From assembly GCA_964610875.1 (NCBI GenBank), contig CAZSWP010000016.1, positions 37,730 through 69,729 of the forward strand: DNA of 32,000 nt, given 5' to 3'. A model generated the notes under the pieces. The model was not told the DNA's origin, did no database searches, and saw nothing but the letters and a program-made list of their open reading frames with translations. The position numbers and the translations under genes are program-made. Each line of letters opens with the position of its first letter. Within the stretch, counting starts at the first letter, position 1. Below are positions 24,879-32,000 of this stretch, piece after piece. Source of the stretch: an uncultured archaeon (GTDB lineage: Archaea > Asgardarchaeota > Thorarchaeia > Thorarchaeales > Thorarchaeaceae).

Positions 24879-25744
24879 TTCCTCCCTGCAAGTCCCACGA
24901 TATCTGATATATTCTTCAAGCCATGTTCTTCCAGATATCCTTTGACACCCTGTTTAATCTCACTAAAGACTTCTACTCCTTTGAGAAGGGCGGTCCCAAT
25001 CTGAATGGCGCTTGCTCCTGCAAGATGCATCTCAACAGCATCTTCCCATGTTGTCACCCCTCCTACTCCAACTATAGGGATGTCCAGCGCATGATACAGA
25101 TCATAGATACATCTGACAGCAATAGGAAACACTGGTGGTCCTGAGAGGCCTCCTACAAGGTTTCCCAGTACTGGTCGTTGCTGTTGAATGTCTATCTTCA
25201 TAGCTCTTACAGTGTTTATTGCGACAACTGCATTAGCTCCGGCACGCTCAGCTTCTTTTCCTACCGATACAATGTCGGATGCATTCGGTGTTATTTTTGC
25301 GAGAAGTGGAACATCGACCACATCTCGAACAGTCTTCACATAGTCATAAGTCAGGTCTGGACTGTGGGATATTGTAGCAATCTCTGCATGTGGACATGAG
25401 AGATTCAACTCAATTGCATCAGGCCGCATCTCAATACCCTTGATGGCCACTGACCTGGTTTCTTCAGGAGTACTTCCAAATATACTGAGCACAACAGGAA
25501 CCTTGTGTGCTCGGAGTATTTCTATCTCCTCCTCGAAAGCATCGATACCTGGATTGGTGAGGCCAACAGCATTAATCAGTCCGCCGTGGGTAGGGGTCAT
25601 GACCGGTCCAGGATGTCCTTTTCTTGGGACTGGTCCAATGGACTTGGTGACTACTGCATCAGCTCCTGCAAGATAAACACGTTTCATGATGGATGCCGTA
25701 ACACCTAGAATCCCTGAGGCAAGCCAATATCCTTCAATCTTCAA
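24875..25744 (-). CDS. pyrD: Dihydroorotate dehydrogenase class 1B catalytic subunit PyrD
   Basis: TIM-barrel motifs AVVTKSIG, ELNLSCPH (active-site Cys), GGLSGP and IVGVGGV. TTG start. The N-terminus looks about 10-15 aa shorter than I expect for the family. Confidence 0.88.
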   Translation of the reverse strand: MKIEGYWLASGILGVTASIMKRVYLAGADAVVTKSIGPVPRKGHPGPVMTPTHGGLINAVGLTNPGIDAFEEEIEILRAHKVPVVLSIFGSTPEETRSVAIKGIEMRPDAIELNLSCPHAEIATISHSPDLTYDYVKTVRDVVDVPLLAKITPNASDIVSVGKEAERAGANAVVAINTVRAMKIDIQQQRPVLGNLVGGLSGPPVFPIAVRCIYDLYHALDIPIVGVGGVTTWEDAVEMHLAGASAIQIGTALLKGVEVFSEIKQGVKGYLEEHGLKNISDIVGLAGRK

Positions 25745-25852
25745 GTTGACCCAACCTTCGACCTTGTCACAAAGGTATATGGTAATAAGCGAAGCGCCTT
25801 CGACAGACTTATCCGAAAGTCAGTCATTCATGCACTCTGGAGATGTTAACTA

Positions 25853-27106
25853 TTGGTCGTTTACCTGATACAGACAGTGTTCGGTCTTTTCCTACTAGAT
25901 GATAATGGAGAAACAAAGGCACGTGTCATTTACTATCCTGATGTCGAACGAGCCGCGAATGAGATCCGGTCTATCAATGAAGACACTGCTACTCAAGGGT
26001 TGAAAGACATGATATCTAAGATCGAGAATATTTCATTTGACTCGATCCATGTGATGAACACTGCAATGGGCCGTCTACTTGGTGATATGACCACTTATGA
26101 TGTGAGTGCTGAAGAAACATCTCCTGTCATCAAGCTCTTCATTGGCACCCAAGACACACATCTCCAAAAAGAAGGCATTGTGGAATCGAAAGAAGAAGCC
26201 CAAATATTCAGACGCGACGTAGGAATTATGGTATCGCGTTCCATGATAAGCGAGGCGAGTGAGGAGAGAGACCTTCTTGTCAAGCATGCAATAGATAGTG
26301 TGGGTGAGATTGACAAGAGTATCAATCTTGTAGCAATGCGACTGAGAGAATGGTACTCGCTGCATTTTCCATCTCTGAACAATATAATAGAAGACCACAT
26401 GGTATTTGCCAAGATTGTGGCAACATTCAGTTCAAGAATTGACATCAAACCAGAAGAACTTGTATCATTAGGAGTTCCTGAGGGTCTTGCAGAACGAGTA
26501 GCTGTAGCTGCGAAGGGCGATATTGGTGCTCCACTTGAGTCGGAAGACCATGTGATGTTAAAGAAACTGGCTGATGAGATTCTTGCAATGTATAGCACCC
26601 GTCGTGAATTGGAAGAATATGTTGCCACAATCATGAGGAAAATTGCTCCAAATCTCACAGAACTGGCTGGTCCTCTCGTTGGTGCACGGCTTCTCAGTCA
26701 AGCCGGTTCATTGAAGGAACTTGCTAGAAAACCATCTAGCACACTTCAGATTTTTGGTGCTGAAAAGGCGCTCTTTCGAAGTCTGAAGACCGGTGCTGAC
26801 CCACCAAAACATGGTCTGATATATCAGGTATCAGAAATCCATTCAGCACCATACTGGCAACGTGGGAAGATTGCAAGAGCTCTTGCAGGAAAACTAGCCA
26901 TCGCTGCACGTGTAGATGCTTATTCAGACCGAGATATTGGTGCCACTCTACGACAACAGTTTCTAGACCGATTAAAGGAGATTCAGACCCAGTATCCTGA
27001 GGCACCTCCACCAAAACCCAAAAAATCTGCTTCAAAAGAGCGGGGGAAACCCAAGAAAAGACGGGATCGAAGCCGTCCTAGAAAGAAAGGAGGTCGTAAG
27101 AAATGA
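25853..27106 (+). CDS. nop5: C/D box sRNP core protein Nop5 (Nop56/58 homolog)
   Basis: NOSIC/Nop domain: AMRLREWYSLHFPSL and GARLLSQAGSLKELARKPSSTLQIFGAEKALFR. Lys/Arg-rich C-terminal tail. TTG start as tracked. ATGA overlap with the fibrillarin gene. Confidence 0.9.
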   Translation: MVVYLIQTVFGLFLLDDNGETKARVIYYPDVERAANEIRSINEDTATQGLKDMISKIENISFDSIHVMNTAMGRLLGDMTTYDVSAEETSPVIKLFIGTQDTHLQKEGIVESKEEAQIFRRDVGIMVSRSMISEASEERDLLVKHAIDSVGEIDKSINLVAMRLREWYSLHFPSLNNIIEDHMVFAKIVATFSSRIDIKPEELVSLGVPEGLAERVAVAAKGDIGAPLESEDHVMLKKLADEILAMYSTRRELEEYVATIMRKIAPNLTELAGPLVGARLLSQAGSLKELARKPSSTLQIFGAEKALFRSLKTGADPPKHGLIYQVSEIHSAPYWQRGKIARALAGKLAIAARVDAYSDRDIGATLRQQFLDRLKEIQTQYPEAPPPKPKKSASKERGKPKKRRDRSRPRKKGGRKK

Positions 27107-27801
27107 CCAAGATAGATGAGACCAAGTTACCAGGAGTATTCAGAGTGCAGGATGAGAATAGAGTTTCTCTTGCAACAAAGAGCCTCATTGAAGGTCAAAG
27201 CGTATACGGTGAGAAGATTATCAAATCTGATGGGGAAGAATATCGCTTATGGTCAACACGACGCTCAAAGCTTGGTGCAGCTATACAGAAGGGTCTCCGA
27301 GAGATGCCCATTCAACAAGGCTCACGAGTTCTCTATCTTGGTGCAGCTTCAGGTACGACTGTAAGTCACGTTTCAGACATTATTGGTCCCAAGGGGATGG
27401 TATATGCCGTAGAGTTTTCCCTTCAAGTGGCTCGAAAACTTGTGTTTCTTGCGGAAACTCGGCCAAATATTGTTCCTATCATAGGTGATGCAAGATACCC
27501 CTCAAAATACACGTCTCTGGTGGGAAGTGGAGTTGATGTAGTCTATCAAGATGTTGCGCAGTCTGACCAAGCACGAATTCTCTGTGACAACATGAATGTG
27601 TTCTCATCCTTTGGTGGATGGGGTATGATTGCAATCAAAGCACGAAGTATTGACTCTGCATCTCGGGTAGATAGGGTGTACAGCAAGGAGATCTCAGAAC
27701 TCTCTCGTCGTGGCACCGAGATAGTGGAAAATATAGACCTCGCACCACTCGAGAAGGACCATCGGTTTGTAATAGTCCGAGCTACGGAGGAGCTCACGTG
27801 A
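27103..27801 (+). CDS. flpA: Fibrillarin-like rRNA/tRNA 2'-O-methyltransferase
   Basis: 232 aa. SAM motif VLYLGAASGTTVSHVSDI and VVYQDVAQSDQARIL. Canonical nop5-flpA gene pair. Confidence 0.92.
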   Translation: MTKIDETKLPGVFRVQDENRVSLATKSLIEGQSVYGEKIIKSDGEEYRLWSTRRSKLGAAIQKGLREMPIQQGSRVLYLGAASGTTVSHVSDIIGPKGMVYAVEFSLQVARKLVFLAETRPNIVPIIGDARYPSKYTSLVGSGVDVVYQDVAQSDQARILCDNMNVFSSFGGWGMIAIKARSIDSASRVDRVYSKEISELSRRGTEIVENIDLAPLEKDHRFVIVRATEELT

Positions 27802-28253
27802 GTCGAATCTTTGAGCGCATGCTCGAGAAAGAGATAGATGCTACAAATGACCACTTACCAGCAAAGAGAATATCCCTACAGGATATCAAAGGTATTGACT
27901 CGCCTGCATTTCCAACAAGAGCAGGAGAACAGTCTATGTTTCTCCAAGAAGAGATTGATATGCTACTCAAGGACATTCCTGAGCAATATTATGTCAACTT
28001 CATGCTTCCAATAGTCATTCTCCGTCGTATGGACCTTGGCGCAGGTATCTATACAATCACTGGTTCGAAACCAGAACTCTTCTACATTCACTATATCATA
28101 GGACAAGTTGACCTAGAATGGGGGAAAATGCGACTGTGGAAGTCAAGTGACCGTCTAGCACGACCACAAGTACAGATTCTCCGCCGCAAACTGCCCTCCA
28201 CTACCACGATAGGATTCACTACAGCATTTGTCACTGATGATAAACAGAAGTAA
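27798..28253 (+). CDS. DUF61/UPF0216-family archaeal protein (function unknown)
   Basis: MLEKEIDATNDHLPAKRISLQDI...PTRAGEQSMFLQEEIDMLLKDIP...MLPIVIL matches the UPF0216 pattern as I recall it (INKHLPxxRxxLxELL...RDGSxHxFxxxELxxL...LRLPIxxE). The GTG start overlaps the flpA stop; an alternative ATG lies at 27819. Confidence 0.6.
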   Translation: MSRIFERMLEKEIDATNDHLPAKRISLQDIKGIDSPAFPTRAGEQSMFLQEEIDMLLKDIPEQYYVNFMLPIVILRRMDLGAGIYTITGSKPELFYIHYIIGQVDLEWGKMRLWKSSDRLARPQVQILRRKLPSTTTIGFTTAFVTDDKQK

Positions 28254-28260
28254 GAAGAAA
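28252..28260 (-). terminator. Putative oligo-pyrimidine terminator of the 5S rRNA gene
   Basis: The minus strand reads TTTCTTCTT starting 2 nt after the 5S 3' end. It overlaps the DUF61 stop codon region. Confidence 0.35.
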
Positions 28261-28262
28261 GT

Positions 28263-28405
28263 GGCGGCTTGTAGCCTTCTCACGGGCTCGCGCACCGCAG
28301 ATTTGCCACAACGACCTCAGGCGTGGTCAGTTAACGCGAAGTGCGCCAACTTTTAACTTCCGAGTTCGGAATGGGATCGGGTGAGCCCTGGGGTCTATGG
28401 CCGCC
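28263..28405 (-). rRNA. rrn5: 5S ribosomal RNA, about 143 nt, with an extra internal hairpin
   Basis: The minus strand reads GGCGGCCAUAGACCCCAGGGCUCACCCGAUCCCAUUCCGAACUCGGAAGUUAA...GGUGCGCGAGCCCGUGAGAAGGCUACAAGCCGCC. It has the helix I ends GGCGGC/GCCGCC, the loop C CCGAAC..GGAAGUUAA motif and the GUGCGCGAGCC helix IV/V motif of archaeal 5S. Length is about 143 nt, against about 120-125 nt normally. Confidence 0.85.
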
Positions 28406-28432
28406 ATCAAGACTATTGTGGTTTTTGTTTCG

Positions 28433-28440
28433 TTTTAAAC
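28433..28440 (-). promoter_or_regulatory. Putative TATA box of the 5S rRNA gene
   Basis: The minus strand reads GTTTAAAA, 28-35 nt upstream of the mature 5' end at 28405. This is the expected archaeal TATA spacing. Confidence 0.5.
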
Positions 28441-28747
28441 ATTACTCTGTGTCTCTTGGTAATCAATCAAGATTTCAAATGAAACCTGTGCAAAGGGATA
28501 CCACCTCATGTCAAACAGGGAAGGATTTACGCAGTTTTATCCCTTCTAACTGTTGTCTGAGAGATATCTTTTATATGCACTGATCAAATAAGAGTCTTAT
28601 AACCTCCTAAATCATAAAATAAATTACATTAGCCAACTAAATTTTGAGCATAATATAATTCTACTCTTTTGTATACCTATAATACGGGTGTGCTTTCAGA
28701 TGTGCACAAAGGACAACGACGTACTATCCCTAGTATTGGAGGACATA

Positions 28748-28918
28748 ATGAGTAGGAAGGGGGAGACCTATGATATCGCTCTCGATACTACTAATAATGA
28801 TGAATTATTAACCAGACACATACTATATGACATGACTTGCCCTAAAGAAAATACAGAAGAAATCTACATCAGCAAGACTGTGTTCACAGATAGTATTTCT
28901 ATTGACATATCAAAATGA
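28748..28918 (+). CDS. Hypothetical small acidic protein (56 aa; weak call)
   Basis: ATG at 28748 preceded by TTGGAGGACATA (GGAGG 5 nt upstream). The tracked GTG at 28688 is less convincing. AT-rich island and no family recognised. Confidence 0.3.
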   Translation: MSRKGETYDIALDTTNNDELLTRHILYDMTCPKENTEEIYISKTVFTDSISIDISK

Positions 28919-29053
28919 TTTTTGTTTGACTTTGATTGGGTTTGTCTTTACTATCTATGATTTAACCTTCAGAAATTTATAGGAGTAATATACTAGAAAC
29001 CTAAGGTAGGATACATGGACTATATTGAGCGAGCTAAACAGAAGTTTTCTTGA

Positions 29054-29509
29054 ATGACTGACTATCGACTCGCTCGGGAGCTTGATCAACTCTATTATGA
29101 TACTTGTGAGTTATTACATCCACTAAACACACCACTGGGAATATTTGAGAAAGTGATACCTCCAGACATACCTCACAGTTTACTATTGTCCTTGGTTTCC
29201 AAAACACAAAAGGAGATTACAAAAAATCTAGATATTTCTCAATTACCCTCTGATAGAACACCTGGGCTAATTGGTCAGGCTGCATTATTCAAAATATTGC
29301 GCGATATTAATTGTGATTTTTCTTTTTACATGAAGGGTGGATTTGATGAATTAGGATACATGTTTCTCAGATTTCTTGGTAGAGCTCAATGTTATGTTGA
29401 CTATGTCAAGCCAAAATCAAATCATGACATTCTCTCTTATTATTTTACCAAAAGTGAACACATGCATGAAGTTGTATCTTATGAAAAGATGTGGGTTAGT
29501 CAGAACTAG
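29054..29509 (+). CDS. Hypothetical protein (151 aa), possible HTH segment
   Basis: Clean ORF in the AT-rich island. SKTQKEITKNLDIS could be an HTH. It overlaps the next ORF in another frame. Confidence 0.45.
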   Translation: MTDYRLARELDQLYYDTCELLHPLNTPLGIFEKVIPPDIPHSLLLSLVSKTQKEITKNLDISQLPSDRTPGLIGQAALFKILRDINCDFSFYMKGGFDELGYMFLRFLGRAQCYVDYVKPKSNHDILSYYFTKSEHMHEVVSYEKMWVSQN

Positions 29510-30464
29510 AATTCTTGAGGGAATCAGTCCATTTGAAAGCGATGATCTACGAATTATTCTAAGTAATGCAGTTGCTTTGAGGACAAATAGAGAACTAACA
29601 AAATCTGACATAATGCGCTGGCTTGATTGTTCACGAAAGCAAGCTAAGCATATCTATGAAATTGTTTCAGATATGCGCCTTGTTCGAACAGACTATTCAC
29701 TGAATCCTTCAAAGTTGGGCCTTACAAGAATTCTTGAAAAAACCAAATCGATTAAACTCGATGCAACTGAGCTTGTATTGGGTGTTCGTGATTTAGATGA
29801 TAAATCTGAGAATTTCTTGATAATGAAATTGACTGAATCAAGAAGTAGAGAGAAGGGGCTGATGAATGAAGCGAAGTATCTCAATACAAAAAACTACGAC
29901 GTAACGGAGAAAAAATGGACTCTGAAAAAAGAATCATCAAGAGGAATCTCTAAAAAAGAGCTACTTTCCTTTGCGGTTTCCAGTGTTATCCAAAAAATCG
30001 GTTCTGATGTGAATGTTTCTAAACGAGATAAACTAATTTCAGCAATTCTCTGTTCAGTACCGGATTTCAATGGAATCAAACAGAATTTGACTGAATCTCT
30101 TGGTATCCCGATGAAAGAGATTGAGTTATCATATAGGAATGTAATTAGGAGAAAATTAGTTACATCATCACAAATCCTGTCATTTCCTGAACTCAATAAA
30201 CTGGTTTGTATCATTCTATCAGGAAAATCTAATGATGTAATCTCCACATTAGCTGTAATTGTTAAATCTGTTCCACGAGCAGTTTTTAGATTAAACGATT
30301 CTTGGGACTATGGACTAGTTTGGGTTGGTCTTCCTATTTATCTCGTAAGTCAGTTTCTTAACTTTCTTCAACCTTTTCGTGACGAAAGTAAGACCATTGA
30401 TAGTGTCTATATGTTGCAGTCATTCAAAAGGTACACTCTTTCTAGTGTTCTTTCACTTCTATGA
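29481..30464 (+). CDS. Hypothetical protein with two Lrp/AsnC-like wHTH-plus-linker modules (putative DNA-binding regulator)
   Basis: Two repeats of the pattern HTH - hydrophobic - xxPxKLGL-like. First: LTKSDIMRWLDCSRKQAKHIYEIVSDMRLVRTDYSLNPSKLGLTRIL. Second: IKQNLTESLGIPMKEIELSYRNVIRRKLVTSSQILSFPELNKLVCIIL. I prefer the ATG at 29481 (MKRCGLVRTRILEG) to the tracked 29376. Confidence 0.45.
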   Translation: MKRCGLVRTRILEGISPFESDDLRIILSNAVALRTNRELTKSDIMRWLDCSRKQAKHIYEIVSDMRLVRTDYSLNPSKLGLTRILEKTKSIKLDATELVLGVRDLDDKSENFLIMKLTESRSREKGLMNEAKYLNTKNYDVTEKKWTLKKESSRGISKKELLSFAVSSVIQKIGSDVNVSKRDKLISAILCSVPDFNGIKQNLTESLGIPMKEIELSYRNVIRRKLVTSSQILSFPELNKLVCIILSGKSNDVISTLAVIVKSVPRAVFRLNDSWDYGLVWVGLPIYLVSQFLNFLQPFRDESKTIDSVYMLQSFKRYTLSSVLSLL

Positions 30465-30531
30465 ATCTACTATGGTAAATCATGCTTTTCTACAGAGGAG
30501 ATTTATATCAAATTAGTATGTGTAGTGTCTT

Positions 30532-31284
30532 ATGTTGGTTCCAATACATACACGTACTCAGTTTCTTGCTTTTGTATCTATATTTACTGCAATGGCTACA
30601 GTATTAGATATACTCCCCATAATTCCTGGGTTCTACAGTGGGATATGGGACTCATGGCTATTCATTTTGAGCCCAATCATCGGTATTATTCTGGGTCCTT
30701 TTGCAGGAGCAATCTCAGTTGGTCTTGGAACCACAATTGGTCACTTGATTTATTTTAGAGATCCCTTTGAGTTCGTGTTCATGCTTGGTGCGCCTTTAGG
30801 GGCAGCCATGACTGGATTCATTCATAGAGCTAGATGGCCTCCTGTTCTTGGCGTTTATTCGATACTGTTATTGTCTTATTTCATAACCCCAGTTGCTTGG
30901 TCGCTTACCTTTTGGGGCATATGGGATGTCCTGCTAGGGTTTGGTCTACTCGTAATTACCTCAATACTTCTCAATAGCAATACAATAAAACAAAAAATCC
31001 AAGAAAATGAAAAAGTTTTGTCTACATTAGCAATCATAATTGGGCTTGAAACAGATATTCTCTTTCGGGTTTTCGTTTTTGTACCCTGTCAGACCTATTG
31101 GTTCTTCTATGGGTTGACTGGAGAACAATTACAACTAATCTGGATTGGTGCAGGGTTTATCACACCAATTAAGGTGCTTTTAGCAACAATAATAGGACTG
31201 TCCATTATCATGTCATTATTCAGAGCTTTTCCTAAATCCACAATCAATGAAAAAGAGAATCCAAGCAATCCGCTACTCGAATGA
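30532..31284 (+). CDS. Polytopic membrane protein, ECF-transporter S-component-like (tentative)
   Basis: 250 aa with about 6 hydrophobic helices. The Gly-rich helix IIGIILGPFAGAISVGLGTTIGHLI is reminiscent of ECF S components. Function not established. Confidence 0.5.
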   Translation: MLVPIHTRTQFLAFVSIFTAMATVLDILPIIPGFYSGIWDSWLFILSPIIGIILGPFAGAISVGLGTTIGHLIYFRDPFEFVFMLGAPLGAAMTGFIHRARWPPVLGVYSILLLSYFITPVAWSLTFWGIWDVLLGFGLLVITSILLNSNTIKQKIQENEKVLSTLAIIIGLETDILFRVFVFVPCQTYWFFYGLTGEQLQLIWIGAGFITPIKVLLATIIGLSIIMSLFRAFPKSTINEKENPSNPLLE

Positions 31285-31494
31285 AAATCTACATTCTCAT
31301 TTACGAACTCTGAGTACAGGAAACACAGGGAACATAGATTCATCGGGATTATTGTAAGACCTGTGCACATTGATTACCAAAGTTCCCCTCAATACAATAA
31401 CAAATCCACCATTAATATTTGGACAGTTCGACAAAGTTATGTAGACTCTTAGCAATAGGTTTTAACCGTTTGAAAATGTGGAGGGTAACACCTT

Positions 31495-31665
31495 ATGCCT
31501 GTGAGATTTTTAGCCAGATTATCAAAATATGATAAGAACCATCTTGGATTTATCGTTCCTAAATATGTGAAAGAGTTCTATAAACCAGAACCTGGAAAAT
31601 ACAAGGGTTGCCAACAGTTACAAGAAATCTGGTCAAAGTTGGACATTTCTTTAGTGAATGATTGA
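31495..31665 (+). CDS. Hypothetical small protein (56 aa; weak call)
   Basis: Below the track cut-off. ATG preceded by GGAGGG 11 nt upstream. The product MPVRFLARLSKYDKNHLGFIVPKYVKEFYKPEPGKYKG... has a vague AbrB/SpoVT-like N-terminus. Confidence 0.25.
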   Translation: MPVRFLARLSKYDKNHLGFIVPKYVKEFYKPEPGKYKGCQQLQEIWSKLDISLVND

Positions 31666-31834
31666 ATAAAGAATGTACATCTGTAGGTCTTTGTATAGCA
31701 AAAGATAATCATAGTATTGTGAGGTTGACCAGACACATAGAATAACCTCACAGAGTACGATCCATTACCGTTTATGGAGGTACATCACTCTGGTGTCCAA
31801 GTGTGTACAATTTACAATGAACGGTGGTATCAGC

Positions 31835-32000
31835 CTAGCGCATGGAGATATCAATGGGTCCCCGATACAAATGAGGGAATTCCGACATTCTCTTCCTGGT
31901 AAACTTGCCCCAAATATTGGCAAGCAAGGCGCAATTGTAGAAGTATGGGTTGCTAGCAGCTCCAAAAATCCTAGACAAAGCTAGACATGTTTCACTGGGA
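31835..32000 (-). CDS. 3' end of an unidentified CDS entering from the right window edge (tentative)
   Basis: The minus-strand frame is open from 31999 to a TAG at 31837-31835: ...SRIFGAASNPYFYNCALLANIWGKFTRKRMSEFPHLYRGPIDISMR*. It competes with two short tracked ORFs (31765..31965 minus, 31793..31984 plus), so this call is uncertain. Confidence 0.3.
   Translation of the reverse strand, partial: PSETCLALSRIFGAASNPYFYNCALLANIWGKFTRKRMSEFPHLYRGPIDISMR

Noticed and set aside
26095-26658. 187-aa minus-strand ORF (also 26075..26398 and 26736..27035)
   Set aside because: These are antisense to the well-supported nop5 gene. The Ser/Ile-rich composition is typical of shadow ORFs.
28060-28074. tRNA T-arm-like sequence CTGGTTCGAAACCAG
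   Set aside because: It lies inside the DUF61 coding sequence. No acceptor stem, D-arm or anticodon-arm can be built around it.
28341-28583. Tracked 80-aa plus-strand ORF
   Set aside because: It overlaps the 5S rRNA gene and its promoter on the opposite strand. The 5S assignment explains the sequence far better.
28797-28803. C-box-like ATGATGA (possible C/D box sRNA, given nop5/flpA nearby)
   Set aside because: No CTGA D or D' box at the expected spacing and no terminal stem. Other intergenic regions (6211-6546, 8586-9216, 22902-23168, 31285-31494) also gave no convincing C/D arrangement by eye.
1-32000. Scan for CRISPR arrays, tandem repeats, tRNAs, integrases/transposases and known defence genes
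   Set aside because: Nothing of these kinds was recognisable by eye on either strand. This is a manual scan, so short or degenerate elements could have been missed.

Overview
This is an archaeal chromosomal core region. All calls come from reading the sequence and recalling family motifs; no searches were run. The window is dense in information-processing genes:
- Replication: PolD small subunit (DP1), Orc1/Cdc6 with an origin-recognition-box (ORB) motif directly upstream, and a PCNA-PriS-GINS51 operon.
- RNA processing: a METTL5-like methyltransferase, Csl4, RpoL and a small RNase III-like protein in one block, plus TFS, ribosomal protein eS30, Nop5-fibrillarin-DUF61, and a stand-alone 5S rRNA.
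- Pyrimidine synthesis: pyrK-pyrD.

The main metabolic block (13.6-22.6 kb) is a tightly packed operon. It encodes hdrC, hdrB, a short hdrA-like gene, an hdrA/mvhD fusion, and a 972-aa GltD/NfnB-like flavoprotein fused to a winged helix, a coiled coil and a ferredoxin domain. An acyl-CoA dehydrogenase follows, and no hydrogenase or etfAB genes are in the window. I rank this first as a possibly undescribed electron-bifurcating module.

Other points worth a second look:
- The 5S rRNA carries a 21-nt hairpin insertion.
- A 100-aa OB-fold protein upstream of PCNA resembles RPA3.
- Csl4 ends in an Arg/Ser/Asp-rich tail.
- The GltD-like protein has its Fe-S motif halves in swapped order.
- Two visibly AT-richer islands hold only orphan genes: 6.9-9.2 kb with a 467-aa protein carrying a degenerate PD-(D/E)xK-like motif, and 28.4-30.5 kb next to the 5S gene.

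No CRISPR array, tRNA, integrase or transposase was recognised. PolD plus eS30, with several eukaryote-like charged tails, fits a TACK/Asgard-type lineage, but that is inference only.
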